NCBI GenBank assembly: GCA_009859145.1
Contig: VRVR01000045.1
Span: 96,049-160,048, forward strand
Length of the DNA stretch: 64,000 bases
Direction of reading: 5' to 3'
From: Andalucia godoyi And28
Lineage: Eukaryota; Protista; Jakobida
Shown here: positions 43,652 to 54,625 of the stretch, piece by piece
Layout: every line of letters starts with the position of its first letter
Position numbering within the stretch: the first letter of the stretch is position 1
Notes under the pieces: generated by a model
What the model saw: the letters and a program-made list of their open reading frames with translations, nothing else
Told to the model about the DNA's origin: nothing
The model's database searches: none
Position numbers and translations under genes: made by a program

Positions 43652-44040
43652 TTCTCCAATGCTCTCGATCCAAACCTTCTTGTCTCTCGGCGTTTTTCCC
43701 GTCTCGTTTGACGTTGTCACTTGGCGTTGTCCTGAACTTTTCATCAACTGATTGTCCAGAATGACGCTTCGTCAGACTCGTCGTTTCGCGGAATCCCGTC
43801 CAAAAAAAGAGTCCGGCAGAGCCTTCTTTTTTTGATGGAATTTCATGTCCGAGTTGATGCTTGATACTTGACTCCAGTCGGGAATTTTTCCAGATGTGGT
43901 GCTGTCTTTTTGCTCATTCACCGTTGTCTGCCTATTTGTGTTACGAGACAGAGAAGTCGAAGGGGGAAAAAAGACAACGTGAAGAAGAAGAAGAAGAAAA
44001 AGATAACTTCAGACGGTGGAAGACAACGAACAAGGTGGCG

Positions 44041-45003
44041 ATGGGTGTGGTTTCGACAGTATATCTGAGTGTGTACAACGCGGTGCTGTCGTGCATATGG
44101 ACGACGATTTTTGTGCGAGTGCTCGTGTCGATGGTTGTCGACCCATTGTCGATGCTGCTGCTGACGGTTGCGCAGGTTCTTGCGGTTCTTGAGCCAGTGC
44201 ATGCGCTACTGGGGATCACGAGGACGTCGCTTGCAATGGCTGTGCTTCAGGTGCTTGGTCGCAACACGTGTCTGTTTTGCGCGGCAGTCCCGCTGTGGAA
44301 CCATCTTCCTGCACTGCACTCTCTGACGGCGACGCACATCGACAGCCTCCTGCGGATCGGCAGCGGCGGCGAGTACAAAGAGCACGCGACGGCATGGGCG
44401 GCGTGGTTTGTCCAGGAGTCGCTCGACTGTGGCTTCACGGCTGCTGTCTCTGCACGGTCGTTTGTGCCAGCTGCAGATGCTGTGTCGGCGTCCGTTGTTG
44501 CATTCTTGCAGTCCCGTGTTGCACCGCTTGTGTCGCTCGTGTTTGCAAATGCTGGATCGTCGTCCGCAAAGGCCGTTCCTGCAGACTGGATGCTTGGCGA
44601 TTTCGCGCTGGGATCCGGCGTGCTCACTGTCCTTGTGCTCACGTGGTCGCTGATTGAGTGCGTGCGGTTTCCTCTGTACTTGGCGAACACGCTGCTCGGA
44701 GCATCATCGGCGGTCGTTCGGCTCCTGACGTTCTTCAGAACAATGCTTCCAGTCATTCTCTATCCAATCGGATTTGCGTCGGAAATCGCAGCCATGCTCC
44801 TTTTCCACGTTGCGTTCGCCGGCAGATCCGCCGTAACGAGCCTCGTCGGAGTGTATCTGGCCCTTGCAGTCATCGGATTCCTCATGATATACTCCCACGC
44901 CCTCCTTGCGTCCGCAAAGTACCTTTCCGGATCTCGATCACCAAGAAACCACGCAGGCGTCTCCGCACGCAAGCCCACAGGAAAGAAACCCAAGAAGGAG
45001 TAG
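44041..45003 (+). CDS. Very-long-chain 3-hydroxyacyl-CoA dehydratase (PTPLA/HACD/Phs1 family)
   Basis: YLSVYN, EPVHALLG...LQVLGR, WSLIECVRFPLY, LYPIGFASE; C-terminal KKPKKE. Confidence 0.85.
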   Translation: MGVVSTVYLSVYNAVLSCIWTTIFVRVLVSMVVDPLSMLLLTVAQVLAVLEPVHALLGITRTSLAMAVLQVLGRNTCLFCAAVPLWNHLPALHSLTATHIDSLLRIGSGGEYKEHATAWAAWFVQESLDCGFTAAVSARSFVPAADAVSASVVAFLQSRVAPLVSLVFANAGSSSAKAVPADWMLGDFALGSGVLTVLVLTWSLIECVRFPLYLANTLLGASSAVVRLLTFFRTMLPVILYPIGFASEIAAMLLFHVAFAGRSAVTSLVGVYLALAVIGFLMIYSHALLASAKYLSGSRSPRNHAGVSARKPTGKKPKKE

Positions 45004-45253
45004 TTGGTAACGGCAGGGAAAAGCAAGCAGTCGTAAAAAAATCAAAAAATCAATTAACAAAAAAATTCCATCTACAGTCAGCGTATCGCTTGTTGACAGC
45101 TGGGTAGTTTTCGCTCTTGTCTTTTGGCCCCAAATTGTTTCATTATGCAGTTGTGAATATTTCAATGCATATATACATATTTTTTAGCCATTCCTCTTCT
45201 CCTTGCTGTTCAAAAATCAGCATTTATTTTTAAACCGAAAAATCCCAAGAGAC

Positions 45254-46882
45254 ATGCGAGTAAAAGTGCTGTCTCGGGATCCGCAGATCACAACACGAGA
45301 CCGGGTGTGTGATCCGATGATCCAGCAGCATAATCTGGACCCTGCGCTGCACCCGCTTGAAAAGCCGCTGGAGTACGCGCGGGCGGTTGTTGCTGCTAAA
45401 AAGTCTCGTCTGTTTGCAAAGCCGTTTCTAGGTGCGCTCTCGGGGATTCCGTCGTCGTCTAACATTTTTTTGCCATCGAGCGACTCCGTTACAGGGAGCG
45501 TGGATGGTGATGGCGGTGGAGGGTCGTGGGCTCCGAGTGCGGGGCACTCTGACGGTGTTTGGTGCATGGCGAGACATCCGTCCCGCATTGGGCTTGTTGT
45601 GTCGGGAGCATGTGACGGGGAAATTCGACTGTGGGACCTGTCGCTTTCGTCGGGGACGAACGCAAAGACGCATGGATTCTGGATTGATTCTTGCCGGCTT
45701 GTAATTCCCAATGCGCATTCGGGATTTGTGCGCGGGCTTGCGTGGTCGCGTGCTGGATCGCAGATTGTGAGCTGTGGGTCCGACGGACGTGTGGGGCTGT
45801 GGCAAATCCACTCGGACTCGATTCAGATTCTTGCAGATTCGGTGGACTCGTCATCAATGCCCACGTTCACGGGTGGTCGCAAAGGCCTTGTTCGTGTGTG
45901 GTCGGGCGATCCGTCAGAGAAGAATACAAAGAAGAAGCAAGTGCGAAGCGAGGACCAGGGATTCTATGACTTGTCATACACGTCTGTCGACTACTCGGCA
46001 CTTGATGATCACCGGTTCTTGGCGGCTGCAACAACCGGGCTCGTGCTCTTCAACGTCACGAGGGCAGGTGCCGAACTTGTGTTTAGCTCGACTATGAACC
46101 GCGGGTTTTCATCGGAAGGATTCACAAGCGTCAAGTTCCACAAGTCGGAGCCGTCGCTGTTTGCGGCGTGCACGACGGACCGCGGCATTCTGCTTGGCGA
46201 TCTGCGTTCTCGAAGCATTGTGCGCAAGCTCGTCATGTCCCACAAGACCAACCGCATTGTTTTCAATCCTCAGAACCCGCTCGTGTTTGCTGCAGCAAAC
46301 GAGGACTGCAACGCGTACTCCTTCGACATCCGCAAGCTCGACAGCGCGTCGTGCGTGTACATGGACCACGTCGGTCCTGTGTTGGATGTGGACTACTCGC
46401 CGACCGGGCGAGAGCTGGTGACTGCATCCTACGATCGCACCATTCGCATCTATCCGGTGGATCACGGCCGCTCTCGAGATGTGTATCACACAAAGCGTAT
46501 GCAGCGCGTGTTTTCCGTCGCATGGTCGCTGGATGCGCAGACCATTCTCACAGGGTCAGACGATGCGCAGATCCGACTATGGAAGGCCCGGTCGGATGCG
46601 ATTGTCCATCGCAATGTCGACGGCGACAAGGAAAAGTCCGCAATTGAATACTCGCAGAAGCTGCTCAAGAGATGGGGCCACATGACCGAAGTCAAGCGCA
46701 TTGTGCGCCATCGGCACGTCCCGAAGGCCGTCTTGTCCGCTCGGAGAAAGAGAAACATCATCGACGACGCAAAGAGCCGAAGAGAAGAAAACGCCAGAAA
46801 ACACGCTGCAAAATCCAGATCCAAGGACGACTTGTCGCGCGTCGCTGAACGAAGAAAGCACATCGTCGCAATTGAAGAATAA
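45254..46882 (+). CDS. DCAF13: WD40 U3 snoRNP protein Sof1/DCAF13
   Basis: MRVKVLSR, NLDPALHPLEKPLEYARA, DYSPTGRELVTASYDRTIRI, SRDVYHTKRMQRVF, EVKRIVRHRHVPK. Confidence 0.95.
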   Translation: MRVKVLSRDPQITTRDRVCDPMIQQHNLDPALHPLEKPLEYARAVVAAKKSRLFAKPFLGALSGIPSSSNIFLPSSDSVTGSVDGDGGGGSWAPSAGHSDGVWCMARHPSRIGLVVSGACDGEIRLWDLSLSSGTNAKTHGFWIDSCRLVIPNAHSGFVRGLAWSRAGSQIVSCGSDGRVGLWQIHSDSIQILADSVDSSSMPTFTGGRKGLVRVWSGDPSEKNTKKKQVRSEDQGFYDLSYTSVDYSALDDHRFLAAATTGLVLFNVTRAGAELVFSSTMNRGFSSEGFTSVKFHKSEPSLFAACTTDRGILLGDLRSRSIVRKLVMSHKTNRIVFNPQNPLVFAAANEDCNAYSFDIRKLDSASCVYMDHVGPVLDVDYSPTGRELVTASYDRTIRIYPVDHGRSRDVYHTKRMQRVFSVAWSLDAQTILTGSDDAQIRLWKARSDAIVHRNVDGDKEKSAIEYSQKLLKRWGHMTEVKRIVRHRHVPKAVLSARRKRNIIDDAKSRREENARKHAAKSRSKDDLSRVAERRKHIVAIEE

Positions 46883-47289
46883 ACAGCAAGGGATTCCATC
46901 CACAACCAGCGCATCAGCTGTAGTCGTTCTTCCTCCTTCTACTAATCATTATTGGTCAATTCCTAGACTTGACTACGGTAGGGAAATCGTATTGTTTGAT
47001 GTTTCAGCGTTGGAGCGCAAAGCAGTCAGCCGTCTCGACTTCTGCTGTCCTCAGTTTCTTTTGTTAAATTTTTGGTTTTATTAATATTTTTTTCATTTCG
47101 TTTTTCTCGATCGATGGTCATATATACATAGATACACGACATATAATTGGTTGTTCATATTGTTGTGCAATGGAGCTTTTGAGTGCACTCATCCAGGTAT
47201 GCATCTTTTACCCTCCTCCTCCTTTGGTTTTCCTTGTTCCGTGACGACGACCCTCAATCACCATTGCTTACTTGATTGCTTGCTTGACG

Positions 47290-50265
47290 ATGACTGTTGT
47301 GATGATGATGATGATGGTGGTGATGGTGATGGAAATATATGCATGGATACAGACGCAGCAGGACATTTCGTTTGAGACGGATCTGCTCCGAGACCACCAG
47401 TGCCTTCCGCTATGGCTGTCGTACATCTCGACAAAGTCGGAATTGAACCCCGAAGTCCGGTTTTTCTTGTTTGGGCGTGCGATTGAGGCGGTTCCATGGT
47501 CGTACAAGCTGCGGTATCGGTTCCTGGTTGAATTGACAGACTTCGACTATGCGCAGTCGCAGGCGCAGTCGGATCCACGGCGGATTGCGACGATCATCCA
47601 CGTGTTCGAAAGCGCTCTGCAGCAGTTTCCTAAATACCCGGTTCTGTGGCTGTTGTACAGCACGTTTCTGCAGCGACACTCGCTGATCACAGAGACCCGC
47701 GTCGTCTTCAATCGGTCGCTCGCATGCCTGCCTCTGTCCCAGCATTGGCGAATATGGGATGCGTATGTGCATTGGATACTGACCTCGAAAGAGGCGCTGC
47801 CAGTGCAGACAGTATGCGCCGTGTCTGCAAGGTTTCTGCCGTTTGCACTCTCTTCGCGTCTGAAGAGGTTCTCGAAGAGCTTGGATGCGGTGGAAGCGTT
47901 GCTTTTGGAACGGGCGCAGTATCAGCCGGCTGTTCGGTTCGTTTGGAGGAGGCTCGAGCATGCTGTGAATTCGCAGCGTCACAACATCGCAGAGTCGCTG
48001 CTGGAGCGACTGTTGGAGCTCTGCTCATTGCATCCGCATGCGTCACAAGGCGTCGTCGACGTGGACAAGTTGTGCGAAGGGCTGTTGGGCCAAGCGAGCG
48101 CGGCATCGGCATCAGGATCAGGATTAGAAAATGTTCCCGTTGCTTCGAAGCTGAGGATTAAGAATCGGGCACAGGTTTGGTGCTTTTGGGCGCAGTTTCA
48201 TGCGGAACAGAGGCATTTGGAGAAAGCATTTATTGTTTTTGAGGACGGTCTACGCAATGCACAGACCATCGCAGAGTTTGCAGAAGTCTTCGATGGGTAC
48301 ACGACGTTTTTGGAGGCTCTTTTGGACTCTATCGAACAGCAGCTCCATCCAGACGACGACGAAGGACAAACAGGTCAGCATCAGTCATTTCTGGATGCGA
48401 CATTCCAGCGTCTCATGGCGCATTTGGAGCATCTGCTGGACCGCCGTCCGATTCTCCTAAACACTGTGCAATTACGCGAAGCGCCACAGCATGTCTCGCT
48501 GTACCACGATCGTGTTCGAATCATGCAAAAAAATCCAAAGTTGGGATATTCGCTCGAGGATGTTGACAAGACATATCAGGAAGCGCTAGAGAAGATTGAT
48601 GTTCTTGCTGCTCGTGGAAGACCACACACACTTTGGCTAGCTGCGGCCAAGTTCTATGCGCGAGAAATGGCCAACATGGACAAAGCCCGCGATCTGTTGA
48701 GAAGTGCTGTGCAAATCTCGTTTCCTCGGAATGACGACAATGCAGACCTTTGGTGCCAGTACGCGGAGCTCGAGCTGAAGCACACTCCAATTGCTGCTGC
48801 GGCGGGGGGGCTGTCCGCACAAACCGTCAAATCCATGGCATTGCAGCGCGCAATCCAAGTTCTGCGCCAGGTGCTTTACGACTCGGAATTGTCGGCTTCC
48901 GAGGAACACGGGGCAGCAGCAGGATCAGCAGGAGGAACAGGAGGAACAGGAGGAACAGGAGGAACAGGAGGAGAAGGTGTCGAAGTGAATGATTACGAGG
49001 TGGATGGAGGAGACTCCAGAAAAAGAAGGCGACGAGGCGGGAATTGGGACGGTGGATCCAAGCGTGCAAAGCTCTCGGCCTCGCAGATTATCGAGTCCTT
49101 CAAGATTAACTCTGCAGTGTCCTGTCGAACGGTCCCCCGCATTTGGGGAATGTTGAGCGACCTGTATGAGCAAGCCGGTGATATCGAGCAGGCGCGGCAT
49201 GTGTATCTCGATGCCCTGCAAGAGCAAGTTGCGACTCCTACCTTGTGTGTTTCGGGAGTTTGCATGCTTGTGGAGAACCAGCGATTTGAGCAGGCGTTCC
49301 AGCTACTTGAGCGCTCTGTGGAGTCCTTTCCGTGGCCCATGTCAGAGCCTTTGTGGCGTCTCTACGGTACCCTGTTTATCGATCGTTTTCGCGGGACCCA
49401 GCTGGAGCGTGGTCGAGAGCTGTTTGAACAAGCCATTTTGCAGGCCCGCAGTTTCAAATTGGGGAATGCGAGTGCATTGATGAACGGAGGTGAGCAAGCT
49501 CTCGTCCATACCAATGCGTTTGTGTCTCTCTTTCTCCAGTACGCAAGTTACGAAGCAAGCTACGGTCTGGAGTCGCGAGTGATTTCGATCTACCGACGTG
49601 CGCTTGCAACTTTGCCGATGCACGTCCGGGGTGTGATCGCCGAGAGTTTTGTTCGGTACCTGGTGTTGGAGTCCTGTGGCATTGCCCGAAGTCGTCCGTT
49701 TCTGGACAGCTTGTTGTCTCTGTCGTCAGCTGCAAAGCCCGGCTCTGCGGCGGCGTCGCCACCAACTCTGAATGATGCCGATTCAATTCGCCTCGGCCTT
49801 TCGTATGCTTCCATGGAAACTCGTCTTGGTGAGATTGACCGAGCCCGCGTTCTGTATGTCTATTGTGCCCAGCTGGCGAATCCTGCAGTCGTCGGCCAGT
49901 CACTTGCAAGCCTTGCCTGGAGTTCTTGGCACAAGTTCGAGTCGCAGCATGGCACCAACACTTCGTTTGCAGAAATGAGCAGGATCCGCCGCACGCTCAC
50001 TTTAAAGTTTGAACCCGAGACGAACGTGTCGGTTGCAGCGATGTTTCGTCACAGACGCGCCCCTCATCGGGTCCTCGGCCACGACGATGGCCACCATCGC
50101 CACCACCCTCACCACCAAGTCCCCGACCAAGTTCCCGACCAAGACCCCGATCAAGACCCCGGTCAAGTCCAGGATCAAGACTCCGATCAAGACCAGGATC
50201 AAGACCAGGATCAAGACCAAGCGAAAATTGACCAGTATCTCGAGGAATTTGAGCATCGTGGATAA
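47290..50265 (+). CDS. SYF1: Pre-mRNA splicing factor SYF1/XAB2 (HAT repeats)
   Basis: FETDLLRD...LWLSY, PWSYKL, ITETRVVFNRSLACLPLSQHWRIW, GTQLERGRELFEQA, LGEIDRARVLY. The exact start among 47290-47329 is uncertain. Confidence 0.88.
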   Translation: MTVVMMMMMVVMVMEIYAWIQTQQDISFETDLLRDHQCLPLWLSYISTKSELNPEVRFFLFGRAIEAVPWSYKLRYRFLVELTDFDYAQSQAQSDPRRIATIIHVFESALQQFPKYPVLWLLYSTFLQRHSLITETRVVFNRSLACLPLSQHWRIWDAYVHWILTSKEALPVQTVCAVSARFLPFALSSRLKRFSKSLDAVEALLLERAQYQPAVRFVWRRLEHAVNSQRHNIAESLLERLLELCSLHPHASQGVVDVDKLCEGLLGQASAASASGSGLENVPVASKLRIKNRAQVWCFWAQFHAEQRHLEKAFIVFEDGLRNAQTIAEFAEVFDGYTTFLEALLDSIEQQLHPDDDEGQTGQHQSFLDATFQRLMAHLEHLLDRRPILLNTVQLREAPQHVSLYHDRVRIMQKNPKLGYSLEDVDKTYQEALEKIDVLAARGRPHTLWLAAAKFYAREMANMDKARDLLRSAVQISFPRNDDNADLWCQYAELELKHTPIAAAAGGLSAQTVKSMALQRAIQVLRQVLYDSELSASEEHGAAAGSAGGTGGTGGTGGTGGEGVEVNDYEVDGGDSRKRRRRGGNWDGGSKRAKLSASQIIESFKINSAVSCRTVPRIWGMLSDLYEQAGDIEQARHVYLDALQEQVATPTLCVSGVCMLVENQRFEQAFQLLERSVESFPWPMSEPLWRLYGTLFIDRFRGTQLERGRELFEQAILQARSFKLGNASALMNGGEQALVHTNAFVSLFLQYASYEASYGLESRVISIYRRALATLPMHVRGVIAESFVRYLVLESCGIARSRPFLDSLLSLSSAAKPGSAAASPPTLNDADSIRLGLSYASMETRLGEIDRARVLYVYCAQLANPAVVGQSLASLAWSSWHKFESQHGTNTSFAEMSRIRRTLTLKFEPETNVSVAAMFRHRRAPHRVLGHDDGHHRHHPHHQVPDQVPDQDPDQDPGQVQDQDSDQDQDQDQDQDQAKIDQYLEEFEHRG

Positions 50266-50388
50266 GAGAGAGAGAGAGAGAGGGAGTGCTGGAGACGGTG
50301 TTTTCCAAGCGATTGATTCATTTTCATTTTATTCATTTTTTTTTTTAATACACAAAAGGATTGATTGTTGAGCGACGGTGGCTACTTG

Positions 50389-50907
50389 CTAGGCAGTAGG
50401 CGGCATTGTCTTTGTGACGTGTTCTTCTTCGACCTCTGGGTTCCTGCTGGCTTCCTGGACGATATGGACAAATTTCCGGAGTCTCTCTCCGACGACGGAG
50501 TTCAGCTCCGACTTTCGCGACGCAAGCAAGTACGCATCAAGACCCCCGGCCTTGTCGATGCATCGTAGAGCATGCGCCGTGACTTGCATCCGGATGCTCT
50601 GTCCAAGGGTCTCTGAATACATGTTCTTATACTGTACATTCGGCTTCCACAATCTCCGAGTCCTATCTCACCATCACGCATCATTAGCATCCACCTCATC
50701 ACCGACGGAAAACACACACGACAAATGCTGCATCCATGCATGGGGCAGCAGTAAAACATGAGAAGATTTAAAGGAAAGCGAGACGACATACTTGCGCTCC
50801 GAGAACGACACGTTGTTTCCAGTGAGAATCGTTCGTCCGGCGTACAGTCCACGTTGTGCACGATGCAGCACTCCCCGCGCGAACTCGCCAGCAATCGACA
50901 GCGACAT
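50389..50907 (-). CDS. MRPL28: Mitochondrial ribosomal protein bL28m; exons 50907-50792 and 50662-50389
   Basis: Spliced product RAQRGLYAGRTILTGNNVSFSERK|TRRLWKPNVQYKNMYSETLGQSIRMQVTAHALRCIDKAGGLDAYLL (129 aa). Confidence 0.93.
50663..50791 (-). other. Spliceosomal intron, 129 nt
   Basis: GTATGT...TGCTAAT...TAG; phase 2; restores the frame. Confidence 0.92.
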
Positions 50908-51189
50908 CCCCCCCACTCACTCACTCACTCACTCACTCACTCACTCTGATAACATGAAGAAGAAAAAGAAAAGAAAAAAAAAACAGGACTGAAAATGAAA
51001 TGAAAATGAAACCGAAAGCAAAACCAAAGAAAGCCCAAAAGCGACAGACAATTAGAAATGAGAGCAACAAACGAAAAAAGATGCGAAAAAGACGGGCGCC
51101 TGTCTCAAGTCGCAAGTCTCAAGTGTCAAGGCTTCACGAAAAGGAAAAAAGGTCCGACATTTCCCCCGCTTTTTTTTTTAGGTACAAAT

Positions 51190-51510
51190 CGTCCGCCCCG
51201 CATGAACGCTTGTAGTGCGCATCGGGTTTACTTCGGAGTCGGGAATTGACGCCTGTATTATACACTGAGCATGCATATCTACGAATAGACATGCATATTC
51301 AATCCTTGCATCCCGTTGCCGCGAAGGAGATAGGCCCCAACATGCCTCACGGCGTTCCTGAGAGGGGTGCATTTTGATTCCGACGGCCCTAGCAGCAGGC
51401 GTAGTGACACGTGGTCTCTTAGGAGGTCTGCGGGACCTAGGAGGCCCTGGCATCGGGCGGCGTAGGCGTAGGCGTAGGCGAGTGCGTCATCCCAGCGCAC
51501 TCACGCCCAT
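51190..51510. ncRNA. Candidate structured RNA, unassigned
   Basis: GC-rich non-coding stretch with two clear hairpins and several possible long-range helices; no family signature confirmed. Confidence 0.25.
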
Positions 51511-51819
51511 ATTTGAATTAATAAAGTGAAACCAACGAATGATCGAATAGATGGCTACGGATGTTGCGTTAAATCGTGTCGAAAATGCAGAGCCTGTGTC
51601 ACCGGCTGAATTTTGGCTGAGCGTGCGTAAGCACGAGTTCCTGTGAAGCAAACGTGCTAGTGTCGGCCAGTATTGACCGTGTCTGTTTATGGATACTTCC
51701 TTTCCGTATGCATGACAATGACACGTCATTATTCGACGGCGGTGATTCATTTCCATTAACGGTTCCGTTAGTCTGCATCAGCGGGCGAGATATAGGAATA
51801 AGAGCAGGGAAAAGTGTGA

Positions 51820-52758
51820 ATGGGGGGGTTTTGGTATTCGATCTCGCTGTCTGTGCTGGCGGGGCTTTCAACACCGCTTGGAGCGATTCCTGTGGTGTTA
51901 CTGGGCATTCCGACGTCGCGGACAATGGGTCTACTTGTGTCGTTTGCAGCAGGAGTCATGCTCTATCTGTCGCTGCTCGATCTAATGCCAGACGTGCTGC
52001 ATACCCTCGATGCATTCTCCTCCATTGCAGCATTCGTCTCAGGCACAATCTCTTTTATCGCAATCCACCATTTCGTCCCGGACTCGAACCCTATGCTCAC
52101 TCGACTCCTCTCCTCCTCCTCCTCCTCAGCATCGTCATCGTCGGTTGTGCAGCTGGAAAAACAAAATTCCGTGTCATCATCACAACCATCTCCACCACCG
52201 CCAGCATCATCGGCGTCGTCGAAAGGACTTCTACTTGTTCCGAGCAAGCAGCGACCAGGTGTAATATCAAAGTCTGCGCTGCTGATCTTGATTGCTCTGT
52301 CACTGCATAATCTCCCGGAAGGAATGGCCGTCTTCTTAACGTCGTCGTCTTCGACGTCATCGTCGTTGTCGCCGCTGCGATTGGTGGCTGCAATTGCGAT
52401 GCACAATGTGCCAGAGGGCGTGGCACTGGCGGCTCCAGTGTATGCGTCCACGCGATCTGTGCGAGCGGTGATGATCGCGACGTTCTTGTCGGGGCTGTGC
52501 GAGCCGCTCGGCGCAGCAGTGCTCGGCGGTCTCATTTCCGTGTCGTCTGTGTTCGGAACATCCGCAGAGGACCCGCTGTGGATGGCAGATGCGGTGTGGG
52601 CTGCGCTGGGCTGGGTCTCCGGCATGATGGCAGCCGTCAGCGTCGAACTGATGCGCGAGGCTTCGGGATACGCAGGAAGCAAAGTCGTCGCGATCGGGAC
52701 CTTGGCGGGAGGGTTTGCCACTGCTGCTCTACACACGGTCGCAGAATCCATCGCGTAA
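51820..52758 (+). CDS. ZIP-family metal transporter (ZupT/GufA-like)
   Basis: LAGLSTPLG, SFAAGVMLYLSLLDL, LHNLPEG, IAMHNVPEG, SGLCEPLGA. Confidence 0.92.
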   Translation: MGGFWYSISLSVLAGLSTPLGAIPVVLLGIPTSRTMGLLVSFAAGVMLYLSLLDLMPDVLHTLDAFSSIAAFVSGTISFIAIHHFVPDSNPMLTRLLSSSSSSASSSSVVQLEKQNSVSSSQPSPPPPASSASSKGLLLVPSKQRPGVISKSALLILIALSLHNLPEGMAVFLTSSSSTSSSLSPLRLVAAIAMHNVPEGVALAAPVYASTRSVRAVMIATFLSGLCEPLGAAVLGGLISVSSVFGTSAEDPLWMADAVWAALGWVSGMMAAVSVELMREASGYAGSKVVAIGTLAGGFATAALHTVAESIA

Positions 52759-52897
52759 AAAACTTGCTCTCCAATCGTCCTTGACATATAGATAAATAGA
52801 TAAAATAAAATGAAAAATAAATTTAATCGAGAACTTGCATGAATTGAATGTGGGTTGGATTCGGAAACGGAGCGGCGAGCAGTCGAAATTAACGATG

Positions 52898-54043
52898 TTA
52901 CGCTGAAGGGCTTGCGAGAATCTTGAGGTCTGCATAAACAGAGTAGTGGTCGGAAAGCTGCTTGAACGGCTTGTTCTCGACAAAGAATGGCTCGCAGCCT
53001 GCATCGATCACTTCGAACCGCCGCCTGGACAGCACCTCGCAGCCGTCGAAGCTCTCACTGCCGTCGCTCGTCGCTGTGGCAAAATCAGAAACTGAAGCAG
53101 AAGTTGTCGCTACGAGGTTTCTCTTTTGGAGTGCAAAGATAAAGTCCAGGCTCTTCTGGCAGCACCAATCCATCTTCCCGGTGAGCACCTTCTCTGTGGG
53201 ACAGACGCCCGACTGCATTTGCTCCTGTTCTTCCTGGATCTCCTTTTTGCTCTTCTTGTTTTTCATTGCTGCTTCTTGCTTTTGCTTCTCTGCCCCTGCA
53301 ACTGCTTCTTGCCCTGGCATTGGGTCTGCTTCGTGCCGGGGATCCTGGACATCTCCGACGGTGATTGGATGCTCCCCGGTGTGCTGAAAGACCGAGTCCA
53401 CGACATGTTCCCACACGCCGGTCGCAAAGATTGACTTGCAGAGCGAAGCATACTGCTCATCATCGCGCCCATCGACGTTGAGGTCTCCAGCAAGAAGCAC
53501 AACGTCGGCGTCCGAATCCTCGATGAACCTGCGCAGCTCCTCCAACTGCGCAAGCCTGACCTTCTGCTGCTTGGCCTTCTTTGCCCCCGACGAATTCACA
53601 TAGGAAGCCTGCAGATGCGTCGTCACGATTTCGACGCTGACGCCCGCCTCCGAGACAATCGTCGCGCCCAAGCATCCCTTGTGAGTGAATGCATCGATGT
53701 CGCACCCGACCTTGAACACCACCGACCGCGTCTTTGTGATGGGCACGCGCGACGCAATCACCAGCCCAGAGTCAATAACCTTCAATCGAAACACGTCTCT
53801 CCACGTCTTCCCCGGCATCACAGCATGGTAAATGTACCCACGCGCCGTCGCAAGCTCCAATGCAAGCTCCCGCCGCGACGTCAGGAACGAAAACAGCTCC
53901 TGGAAACACAGCACGTCGTACCGCCCCAGTCGAGCATCCGAGAAAAACTCTCGTAGTCGATCCGCTTTGTGGTCCGAACACCCATTCGAACGCACTGCTG
54001 GAGGCCGCAAAAACATATTGTACGACAGGACCGACACCTTCAT
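52898..54043 (-). CDS. Neutral sphingomyelinase-like endonuclease/exonuclease/phosphatase protein
   Basis: SYNMFLRP, LCFQELF, DSGLVIASR, TTHLQA, LAGDLNVD, LDFIF, LSDHYSV. Confidence 0.88.
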   Translation of the reverse strand: MKVSVLSYNMFLRPPAVRSNGCSDHKADRLREFFSDARLGRYDVLCFQELFSFLTSRRELALELATARGYIYHAVMPGKTWRDVFRLKVIDSGLVIASRVPITKTRSVVFKVGCDIDAFTHKGCLGATIVSEAGVSVEIVTTHLQASYVNSSGAKKAKQQKVRLAQLEELRRFIEDSDADVVLLAGDLNVDGRDDEQYASLCKSIFATGVWEHVVDSVFQHTGEHPITVGDVQDPRHEADPMPGQEAVAGAEKQKQEAAMKNKKSKKEIQEEQEQMQSGVCPTEKVLTGKMDWCCQKSLDFIFALQKRNLVATTSASVSDFATATSDGSESFDGCEVLSRRRFEVIDAGCEPFFVENKPFKQLSDHYSVYADLKILASPSA

Positions 54044-54625
54044 CCCACAACTCGCAGCGCACAACCCGCAGCACAAACGTACTCACTTGAGGAGGAAATT
54101 ATTTTATTTATTTATTTAAAAAAATGAAAAAAAATATAATAACACAGAAATCTGAAAAACGACGCGGATGGGAACATTCGATTCCAGAGCACAATTGTAT
54201 AGAAAGAGGGGAGCCAAGTACGGCAGGGAAGGAAGAAGGCGCGTTTCCCCAAATCAATCAATCATCGCCCCCCTCCCTTCAAAGCATCCAGCATCCAGCA
54301 TCAAGCATCAAGGAACACAGAAACGTGTTGGCTACAGACGTTTTATTTTCGTAAACGGTTGGGAAATTCAAAGGCTTGACGGAGGCCACTGCAGGTTATT
54401 GCTGATTCAGCCAAAAGCCAAGAGGTCATTATGGATTTTGATTCTGTTGATTTCTCCATTCTTTGAATGATTCTGTTTATATATACATAACTTTTTGGTT
54501 TTGTTTTGTCTGTTTGCTTGCTTGCTTTTTTTCCTCCGTCTCGCCTTCCTAGACGCAGTGAGTTCTGGTGAGTGGAACATCTGCTTTCCTGAGGCGCGCG
54601 TGTGCACGTGTGAGGTGGACCTGGG

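Noticed and set aside
51190-51510. Specific assignment as RNase MRP/P, TPP riboswitch, group I intron or telomerase RNA
   Set aside because: Only fragments resemble the consensus elements, they are in the wrong order or pair poorly, and no TTAGGG-type template is present.
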